Source: Acidimicrobiia bacterium (GTDB lineage Bacteria > Acidobacteriota > Vicinamibacteria > Vicinamibacterales > CAVVIG01). From it: 64,000 nt of DNA. The stretch is taken from contig VFZL01000015.1 of the NCBI GenBank assembly GCA_016871175.1, positions 37,936 to 101,935 on the forward strand. Direction: 5' to 3'. How positions within the stretch are numbered: the stretch's first letter is position 1; each line of letters starts with the position of its first letter. This document shows, piece after piece, positions 48,685 through 56,898 of this stretch. The notes beneath the pieces are model-generated. The model saw only the letters and a list, made by a program, of their open reading frames with translations, was not told the origin of the DNA and did not search any database. The position numbers and the translations under genes were made by a program.

Positions 48685-51165
48685 ATGAGTTCCGCGTCCC
48701 GACGTGCCTTGGCTCACGACGCCCTCGGATGTGACCGTGAGGCGCTGAAGAAATCGATCGCTCAACGACTGGTCTATTCGCTCGGGAAGGAGCCCACGAC
48801 CGCGACCAGCCGCGACTGGTTCCACGCCGCGGCCTTCGTCATGCGCGACCGACTCATCGAGCAGTGGATGGCCGCCACCCGCACGTATGAGCAGCGGGGC
48901 GCAAAGCGGGTCTACTACCTGTCGATGGAGTTCCTGACGGGTCGTCTGCTGGCCAACAGCGTCCTGAACGTCGGACTGGGCGAAGAGCTCCGTGCGGCGC
49001 TGGCTGAGATCGACGTCGATTTCGAACAGATTCGATCCATCGAGCAGGATGCGGCGCTGGGCAACGGCGGGCTGGGCCGGCTGGCCGCGTGCATCCTGGA
49101 CTCGATGGCGACACTGTCGCTGCCGGGCGTTGGGTACGGCATCCGGTACGAATACGGAATCTTCTTTCAATCCATCGAGAACGGAGCACAGGTCGAGCAT
49201 CCCGACACCTGGCTGCGGTATGGCAACCCGTGGGAGATCGCGCGACCCGAGGTGTTCTATCCGGTTCGGTTCGGCGGGCGCACCATCCAGTTCACCGATG
49301 AGCGCGGACGGCTCTGCTGCCACTGGGTCGACACGGATGCGGTCTTCGCGATGGCGCACGACACGCCGGTGCCGGGTTATCAGAGCGGCACGGTCAACAG
49401 CATGCGCCTGTGGTCGGCGAAAGCCACCCGCGACTTCAACCTGCAGCAGTTCAATCAGGGCAACTACTTCAAGGCCGTCGAACAGAAGACGGAGTCTGAG
49501 AACCTCTCGAAGGTGCTCTATCCGGACGACTCGACCGCGGTCGGTCGCGAGCTTCGCCTCAAGCAGCAGTACTTCTTCGTGTCCGCCTCGTTGCAGGACA
49601 TCGTGCAACGGTTCATGGACGCCAACGAGCCGCTCCGGGCGTTCCCGGACCGGGTCGCGATTCAGTTGAACGACACGCACCCGGCGATTGCGATTGCCGA
49701 GCTGATGCGACTGTTCTTGGACGCTCACGATCTCGAGTGGGACGCGGCGTGGGACATCACGCGGCGAACATTTGCGTACACGAACCACACGCTGATGCCG
49801 GAGGCGCTCGAGACGTGGCCGGTGGCGCTCTTCGAGCGAATTCTTCCCAGGCACCTCCAGATCATCTACGAGATCAATCATCGTTTCCTGGAGCAGGTCC
49901 GCAGGCGATATCCGGGCGACGAAGAGCGCGTGCGCCGGATGTCGATCGTGTCGGAGGATGGCGAGCGTCGACTGAAGATGGCCCACTTGGCCATCATCGG
50001 CAGCCATCGCATGAATGGCGTCTCCGAGATTCACACCGCCCTGATGCGCGCCAACGTGTTCGCGGACTTCGACGCGCTCTGGCCGGATCTCGTCGTCAAT
50101 GTGACCAACGGCATCACGCCGCGTCGATGGCTGCATCACGCGAACGGCGAGCTCGCGGCGCTCATCAGCGAGTGCGTCGGATCAGAGTGGGCACGGGACC
50201 TCGAGCAGCTTCAGCAGGTGAAGCCGTGGGCGGACAAGGAAGACGTGCATCGACGGTTCCGCCAGATCAAGCGAGCGAACAAGGGTCGTCTGGCGCGGTT
50301 CATCCGTGAGCGCGTGGGCGTGGTGGTCGATCCCGACACGATGTTCGACGTTCAGATCAAACGGATGCACGAGTACAAGAGGCAGCTCCTGACCGTGTTG
50401 CACGTGATCACCCGCTACAACCGTATCCACGCGGGACGGATCGAGGGGATGGCGCCTCGGACCGTGATCATCAGCGGCAAGGCCGCACCCGGCTACGCCT
50501 TCGCGAAGCTCGTCATCCGCCTCATTCATGCGGTCGGCGACGTGGTCAATCACGATCGGGCGGTGGGCAATCTCCTGCGGCTCGTGTTCGTCCCGAACCA
50601 CAACGTCTCCAATGCGGAGATGATCATCCCCGCCGCCGAGCTGTCCGAGCAGATTTCGACCGCCGGGACCGAGGCATCCGGCACCGGGAACATGAAGCTC
50701 GCGCTGAACGGCGCGCTGACGATCGGCACGCTGGATGGCGCGAACGTCGAGATCCGGCGTCAGGTGGGCGAGGACAACATCTTCATCTTCGGCTTGACGG
50801 CCGAAGAGGTGGCAGCGCGACGAGCCGCCGGGTACAGCCCCTGGGAGGAGTACGACCGCAACGACGAACTGCGAACAGCGCTCGACATGATCGGACAGGG
50901 GCACTTCTCACCATCCGACCCGACGCTCTTCCGTCCGGTGTTCGATCGCCTCATGCATCACGGCGACCATTTCCTGCTGCTTGCCGATTACGCGTCGTAC
51001 ATCGCGTGTCAGGATCGCGTGGATGCACTCTACGGACAGCCCGACGAGTGGGCACGCCGAGCGCTGCTCAATGTCGCGGCGATGGGCCACTTCTCCTGCG
51101 ATCGCAGGGTAGCGGACTACGCCAGACTCGTCTGGGGAGCCGCGCCGGTCAAGGTCGAGCGCTAG
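48685..51165 (+). CDS. glgP: Glycogen/starch phosphorylase
   Basis: LGNGGLGRLAAC, QLNDTHP, YTNHT, KRMHEYKRQ, EASGTGNMK. Confidence 0.95.
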   Translation: MSSASRRALAHDALGCDREALKKSIAQRLVYSLGKEPTTATSRDWFHAAAFVMRDRLIEQWMAATRTYEQRGAKRVYYLSMEFLTGRLLANSVLNVGLGEELRAALAEIDVDFEQIRSIEQDAALGNGGLGRLAACILDSMATLSLPGVGYGIRYEYGIFFQSIENGAQVEHPDTWLRYGNPWEIARPEVFYPVRFGGRTIQFTDERGRLCCHWVDTDAVFAMAHDTPVPGYQSGTVNSMRLWSAKATRDFNLQQFNQGNYFKAVEQKTESENLSKVLYPDDSTAVGRELRLKQQYFFVSASLQDIVQRFMDANEPLRAFPDRVAIQLNDTHPAIAIAELMRLFLDAHDLEWDAAWDITRRTFAYTNHTLMPEALETWPVALFERILPRHLQIIYEINHRFLEQVRRRYPGDEERVRRMSIVSEDGERRLKMAHLAIIGSHRMNGVSEIHTALMRANVFADFDALWPDLVVNVTNGITPRRWLHHANGELAALISECVGSEWARDLEQLQQVKPWADKEDVHRRFRQIKRANKGRLARFIRERVGVVVDPDTMFDVQIKRMHEYKRQLLTVLHVITRYNRIHAGRIEGMAPRTVIISGKAAPGYAFAKLVIRLIHAVGDVVNHDRAVGNLLRLVFVPNHNVSNAEMIIPAAELSEQISTAGTEASGTGNMKLALNGALTIGTLDGANVEIRRQVGEDNIFIFGLTAEEVAARRAAGYSPWEEYDRNDELRTALDMIGQGHFSPSDPTLFRPVFDRLMHHGDHFLLLADYASYIACQDRVDALYGQPDEWARRALLNVAAMGHFSCDRRVADYARLVWGAAPVKVER

Positions 51166-51215
51166 GCGGTGGCGCGCCGGAACCCTCGAGCTGCAGAACC
51201 TGCGAGCCCAGGAAC

Positions 51216-52313
51216 CTACGATGTTTTCAGAATCAGCTTCTGCACCCGCCAATTCGACGTCTCTGCGGTGTAGACCTCTGTCTCGGACGGACACGCGAGC
51301 TGGTGGACGCCGGAGAACTGCTTCAGTTGGCGGCCGGACCGCCCGATGACACCCAGGACCTTGCCGTCGAGCGAGACTTTGAACAGTCGGCCCGGGAACG
51401 TGCTCTCACCAACGAACATCACCTGATTCGGTCCCGGAGTAATGCACATCGAGTTCGGTGCGCCAATCGCGGCCGCGGCACGCTCGCCGCTTGGCGTATT
51501 GCCGTTGACCGGCTTGGTGCCGGGCGGGATCGGGACGTCGATGGTGAACATGCGCAGGAAGGTACCGTCCGTATCGAATACTTGAATGCGCCGATTCGAC
51601 CGGTCGCCGACGTAGATGCGGTCGGAGCGGTCGATCGCAATCGCGTGGGGCAGGTTGAACTGACCCGGCCCCGTGCCCCGGTCGCCCCAAGACTTCACCC
51701 AGTCGCCGTTCTTGTCGAACTTCGCCACGCGTGAGTTCACGTAACCATCCGTGATGTAGGTGTTGCCGGCTAAGTCCCACGCAACGTCAGTCGGCTGGCG
51801 GAACATCCCGTCCACGTGCGGCGCCGGTGGATTCTTGTGCTCCCACGGTCCGGTGTCTTCGTCGGCTGATTCCTGCCGACGACCGTACACCTCACGTACA
51901 CGGCCTCGGGGATCGAACTTGACCACCATGTCCGAACCCTTGTCCACCGCCCAGATGTTGTCGTTGCGGTCGATGCGGACCGTGTGCGCGAACGCCCAGC
52001 CGTACAGATCCTTGCCAATCTCACGGATGTACTCACCCTTCTGCCCGAACTCGAGCAACTGAGCCGCTGCGGGTCGGTACGCCGGGCCGTGCGCGCTGTT
52101 CGAGCGCGTGAACACGAACACGTGGCGTTGCGAGTTCACCGCCACACCGGACACCTCGCCGAAGTTCATCCCATCGGGCAGCTTCAGGAAGTCCGCCACC
52201 GACTCGAACTCGATCTGCGGTACGGGCGACGGCGCCTGGGCTCGGGGATCCGCCGCGAACAGGGCGGCGAGCCCGCACACCGAGAGGGAGAGGAGGGCAC
52301 GTCCAATCGTCAT
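51216..52313 (-). CDS. Secreted NHL-repeat protein, peptidyl-alpha-hydroxyglycine alpha-amidating lyase (PAL)-like
   Basis: Signal peptide; AHTVRID, FRQPTDVAW, DGYVNSRV, FNLPHAI, DRSNRRIQVF. Confidence 0.75.
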   Translation of the reverse strand: MTIGRALLSLSVCGLAALFAADPRAQAPSPVPQIEFESVADFLKLPDGMNFGEVSGVAVNSQRHVFVFTRSNSAHGPAYRPAAAQLLEFGQKGEYIREIGKDLYGWAFAHTVRIDRNDNIWAVDKGSDMVVKFDPRGRVREVYGRRQESADEDTGPWEHKNPPAPHVDGMFRQPTDVAWDLAGNTYITDGYVNSRVAKFDKNGDWVKSWGDRGTGPGQFNLPHAIAIDRSDRIYVGDRSNRRIQVFDTDGTFLRMFTIDVPIPPGTKPVNGNTPSGERAAAAIGAPNSMCITPGPNQVMFVGESTFPGRLFKVSLDGKVLGVIGRSGRQLKQFSGVHQLACPSETEVYTAETSNWRVQKLILKTS

Positions 52314-52650
52314 GAGAACCTCCGAGTAACCCAGATTGTCTGTCGGTGCCCCCGAATCTTCAATCGTCAACCAACAACTTCACGTCCTGCCGTTCGCCCG
52401 CCCTCGTCTCCGGTCTTGCGGCATCCCCTTCGATGCCGTCGGGAGTCCTGGTCGAACACCCGATGCGTTACTCCAGTGACGGCGGTTTCGTTCTTTGTGC
52501 ATACGTGGGAGACAATCGAGCGCGGAGACCGCGTGAGGTGTCGCGCCGGAAGCCGCCCGTATCGCGAGCAGGTCGGCTCAGGCCGGCGGCGGCGCGCGAT
52601 TGGCCGGCGACGGGCGGGGCCGCCCGAGCGGCATGGAGCGGTGGTGCGCA

Positions 52651-52692
52651 CCGTTTGAGAAGCTCAGGGTCGCCCCGAGTCGAGCCGAGGGC
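52651..52692. repeat. Degenerate REP-like palindromic element
   Basis: CCGTTTGAGAAGCTCAGGGTCGCCCCGAGTCGAGCCGAGGG with core CTCAGGG/CCCCGAG pairing. Confidence 0.35.
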
Positions 52693-52763
52693 GCGCGGAA
52701 CGGAGCGACGCGGGCAATGTGAAATGGCTGAGCCGGTGTTCGGGCAGTGCCCCGATTGAAAAT

Positions 52764-52858
52764 GGAGAAGGAAGGTGCCCGGTGGTGCCGCTGGTCTTCA
52801 AAACCAGTCTGGAGGTCGTAAGGCCTTCGGAGGGTTCGACTCCCTCCCTTCTCCGCCA
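52764..52858 (+). tRNA. selC: tRNA-Sec (UCA)
   Basis: 8-bp acceptor stem GGAGAAGG/CCTTCTCC, anticodon arm CTGGT-CTTCAAA-ACCAG (TCA at 52798-52800), long variable arm, GGTTCGACTCC T arm, G discriminator + CCA; 95 nt. Confidence 0.95.
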
Positions 52859-52911
52859 CAACTTGCTGACGAAGATCTCCAAAGTTTTTTCGCGTGTTTG
52901 TCGAAGACTTT

Positions 52912-52945
52912 GCCCACCGAAGCGCCGCGAGGCGCGAAGGCGGGC
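52912..52945. repeat. GC-rich hairpin between selC and integrase
   Basis: GCCCACC..GCGCC-GCGA-GGCGC..GGCGGGC, GNRA tetraloop. Confidence 0.5.
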
Positions 52946-52951
52946 CCGTTC

Positions 52952-53671
52952 TCACCCGTTCTTGATGGCCTCCTTCTCAGCGCTCGAGTCGTGCACGTGC
53001 GGTCGCTCGAGCAGGTCGATGGCGGCATCGAGTGCCGCCGGACTCAGGTGCATGTAGCGTTGCGTCGTCGTGAAGTGCGCGTGCCCCGCGAGTTCTTGGA
53101 TGGCGCGCGGCGCCGCCCCGCGCATTGCCAGGTGTGAACAAAAGGTGTGTCGCAGGCGGTGCGGCCCGTTCGCCTGCACGCCCGCCTTGCGCGCCGCGCG
53201 CTTCATCGCCAGCGTGGTCGACATCTCGCTGAACGGTCGGCCGTCGTCGCGGTAGAGTACGCGTGGCCCTCGAAGGTGCCGGGCCTCCTTGAGCGCCGCC
53301 GTCAACCGCGTCGTCATCCGCACGTAGCGGATGCGCCCGCTTTTCGGTGAGTCGTGTCCTTCCCAGGCGTTGCGCTGCACGCAGAGCAGCCGCTTGGGGA
53401 GGTCGATGTCGTCCCACTCCAGCGCGACCATCTCACCGGATCGGAGCCCAGCCTCGCCACCAAGCAGGACGATGAGGTACGCCTGTGTGCTGACGGTACG
53501 AGCGGCCACGACTAACCGCTCGTACTCCTCGAAGTCGTAGAAGGCCGCCGGGCCTCGCGAGACGCTGAGCAGTCGGATGGTGCACGTCATCTTGTCCATC
53601 ACACCCCACTCGACCGCTTTCTTGAGCCGCGTGTTCAGGCTTCTCGGCCCATCAGCCGTGCGTCCGCGCAC
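52952..53671 (-). mobile_element. Tyrosine recombinase/integrase, N-terminally truncated
   Basis: GLRSGE (R), PKSG (K), HRLRHTF (HxxR), LAGH, TQRYMH (Y); core-binding domain largely absent; ends 94 nt from selC 3' end. Confidence 0.85.
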
Positions 53672-54203
53672 GCCCGCCGCTACTCAGGATTTGAGAAACA
53701 GAGCCAAGGCCTGGGCCCACGCAACGTCAGGGCGGATCGGCGCGTCACCCCATTCACTGCGGGTGGTAGCAGGCTGGCCGGTGCGCGGGCCTTGCCCTGT
53801 CTGGCGACCAGTCCGCTCTGCGTGCGGCTCCAACCGTCCCGCGGCGCACCCTGCGCGTCCGCGCCGAAGGGTCGCTCGTGGCTGTGTTGGTGCGGACGCA
53901 CTGGACTCCGACGGACAGGAGTTGCGCGACGAGCAGGATCGCGGCGTTCGCCTGCCGAACGCGATCACGTTCCTGTTCGGCGCGGACCAGTTCCGCCTCT
54001 GGGGTGGTGTAGCGTTCGTCGGCCCTCTGGGGCGAAACCTTGGCCCAATGCGTCAAGCGCGTGGCGTACAACCGGACGCCGGACCGAACCCGTCGGAGCA
54101 CCGCACGATCAACGGATCCGGCACAGTCGGACGACGGGCTCGCACATCTGGGTGAGCGAGGAGGGCTGTGAGGACAAACGCCGGCACGTGCCCGCATCTG
54201 TCA

Positions 54204-56663
54204 ATGGCCGTTGGCAACTACATGCACAACTACTACTTCGCGCCGGCGGCGAGTAGTACGCCGTGGTGGCCGTCGTGGTCTCCGGACGGCAAGCGCATCG
54301 CCTTCGCAATGGACGGCTCGATCTGGACGATCGAGATGGGCAGCACGGTGGCCAAGGAACTGGTCTACTCGCCACGTGAGTACCTGTCGATGCCGGAGTT
54401 CTCGCCCGACGGCAAGTGGCTCGCCTACACAGCCGACGACGACGCGAAGAGCATCAACCTCAGGCTCCTGAACATCGCCACCGGCCAGTCGGTGGACCTG
54501 ACGACCGGGCCGCACGTGAACCACGAGCCAGCCTGGTCGCCAGGCGGCCAGCGTCTCGCGTACGTCTCCACGGCGCCCAACGGCCACTTCAACGTGTTCG
54601 TCATGGACATCGTGGACGGCAGGCCCGGGAAGAGCGTGCAGATCACGACCGACAACTCGTTCGGCCGCGACCGCCTCTACTTCGGCAACGTGGACGTGCA
54701 CATCTCGCCCGCCTTCTCGCCCGATGGCAAGGAGCTGCTGTTCGTCTCGAACCGCGGCATCCCGCTCGGCTCGTGCGCCATCTGGCGCGTGCCGGTCGAA
54801 CCAAACGTCATGGGGACGCCACGCGCGAAGGTCATCCACAAGGAAGAGACCCTCTACCGCACACGGCCGCAGTGGTCACCCGACGGCAAGCGGATGGTGT
54901 ACGCCTCACATCTGGGCGGTCAGTACACCGAGCTCTTCGTGCTGCCGACGGTGGGCGGTGAGCCCTACAAGATGACCTTCAGCGCCCACGACAACTTTCT
55001 GCCGCGCTGGTCGCCCGACGGTGAGTGGATCGCCTACATCTCCAACGAAGGAGGCGTGCCACAGCTCAAGACGATGAAGTCGTGGGGTGGCGAGCAGCAC
55101 GTCGTCCGCATCGCGGAACGGCGCTACATGCGGCCGATGGGCACCGTTTCGGTACGCATCGTCGACGATGCGACCGGCGCCGAAGTGGCGGCGCGCGTCT
55201 ACCAGACGGCCGCTGACGGCAAGCCTTACACACCGCCCGACTCCTACGAGCGGCTGGCCGCGCTCAATCGCCACTTGTTCCACACGCCTGGCCACTACAT
55301 CACGCGCGCCCCGGTGGGCGCGTTCAAGATCGAGGTGACGCGTGATTTCGAATACGAGATCGCGACCACGACCGTGGACGTGCGTCCCGGATCGACGAAC
55401 AGCGTGGCCATCCGCCTGAAACGGATGGTGGACTTCGGCGCCCGCGGCTGGCAGTCGGGCAGCAATCACGTGCATATGAACTACGCGGGCCACCTGCACA
55501 ATACGCCCGCCAACATGCTGATGATGGCGCGCGCCTAAGACATGGACATGACCAGCCTGCAGGTGGCCAACAAGGACAACCGCATCCTCGACCACCCGCA
55601 CTACACCGCCGGCGAGTCGCTGCATCCGCTCTCGAAGGACGGCTACGCCATGCACGTCGGTCAGGAATACCGGCCGCCGTTCTACGGGCACATCTCGCTC
55701 TTCAATCTGAAGAACCACCTCATCTCGCCGTTCGTGACCGGCTACGAGGGTACCGGTATCGGCAGCCTGTATCCGTCCAACACCGACATCTTCCGTTACG
55801 CGAAGCAGCAGGGTGGCATCGGCGCCTATCTGCACCCGTACGTCGGCGACGCCGATCCGCTCGAGGGCAGCCTCGGCACGGCCAAGGGCTTCCCGGTGGA
55901 TGTCTCGCTCGGCGCCGTCAGCTATCACGAGCTGTGGTCGCAGAGCGCGGGCGATGCCGCGCTCACCGTGTGGTATCACACGCTCAACAACGGCTTCCGG
56001 GTACCGGTCACCGGTGGTGAAGACTCGATCTCGAGCCTGCACCGCGTCGAGCTCGTGGGCGTGGTGCGCGGCTACTTCCTTCTCGGCGACCGGCCGCTCA
56101 CGTGGGAAAGCTGGATGTCGGCGATGCTCGCCGGCAAGGGCTTCGTGACAAACGGCCCGTTGCTCGAATTTACGGCGAACGACGCCAACATGGGCGAAGA
56201 GATCACGCTGCCGACTGCGGGCGGCCGGGTGACCTTCCGCGGCGCCCTGCATTCCATCGTCGGCGTCGAGCGCTTGGAGCTCGTGTCGGGCGGCAAGGTC
56301 GTGCACACCATCCCGCTCGCCGGCGACAAGCGGACGGCCACCTTCGAACTGCCGCTCGACATCAAGGCCAGCGGCTGGTACTCGCTGCGCGCCATCGGCG
56401 TGCCGGGCAGCTTTCCGATTGAGAACTCGCGGCCGATGGCGGTGACCAACCCGATCTTCGTCACCGTGGGGACGCAGCCCATCCGCAGCGCCGCCTCGGC
56501 CGACTACTTCGTGCGCTGGATCGACAAGCTCACTGCGATGGCCGACAAGCATCCGGGCTGGCGTAGCGACAAGGAGAAGGCGCACGTGCTCGGCCGGTTC
56601 AAGGAAGCCCGCGACATCTACCTCGCGCGCGGCAAGGACGCAGCTTCGGCCGGGCGCCCTTAG
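54204..56663 (+). pseudogene. TolB-like WD40(PD40) propeller + CehA/McbA-like PHP metallohydrolase, interrupted
   Basis: Repeated P.WSPDG motifs; HVHMNY, GQEYRPPFYGH, YLHP, GGEDS, VTNGP; in-frame TAA at 55536-55538; no signal peptide (5' end apparently lost). Confidence 0.75.
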
Positions 56664-56898
56664 GATCGGGGTCTTCAAGAGTCGGAGCAGGAGATGCGGC
56701 TGATGTCTCAATGTCGTTGACAGCTTCCGAGCGTTCACCGATCATTTGGGTCATCTGTGCATCGACAAGTGTCGCTGCTACTTGCGTCAACATCCTGCTT
56801 TGATTCGGGTACGGACCGACCGGATTGAAGACGCCGAGTCGGTGGGAGCAACGCCGCGAGGCGGGATGCCCAGCCGGCCAAGATGAACTGGGTATTCC

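Noticed and set aside
52370-52760. Riboswitch or ncRNA upstream of selC
   Set aside because: Only generic GC hairpins and one degenerate REP-like element; no family consensus recognised
6136-55538. Stop-codon reassignment (TAG/TAA read as sense) to explain five in-frame stops
   Set aside because: The stops replace different expected residues (Q, W, E), mostly co-occur with frameshifts or truncations, and TAG/TAA end many intact genes here (modC-linked regulator, glgP, prfC, kup)
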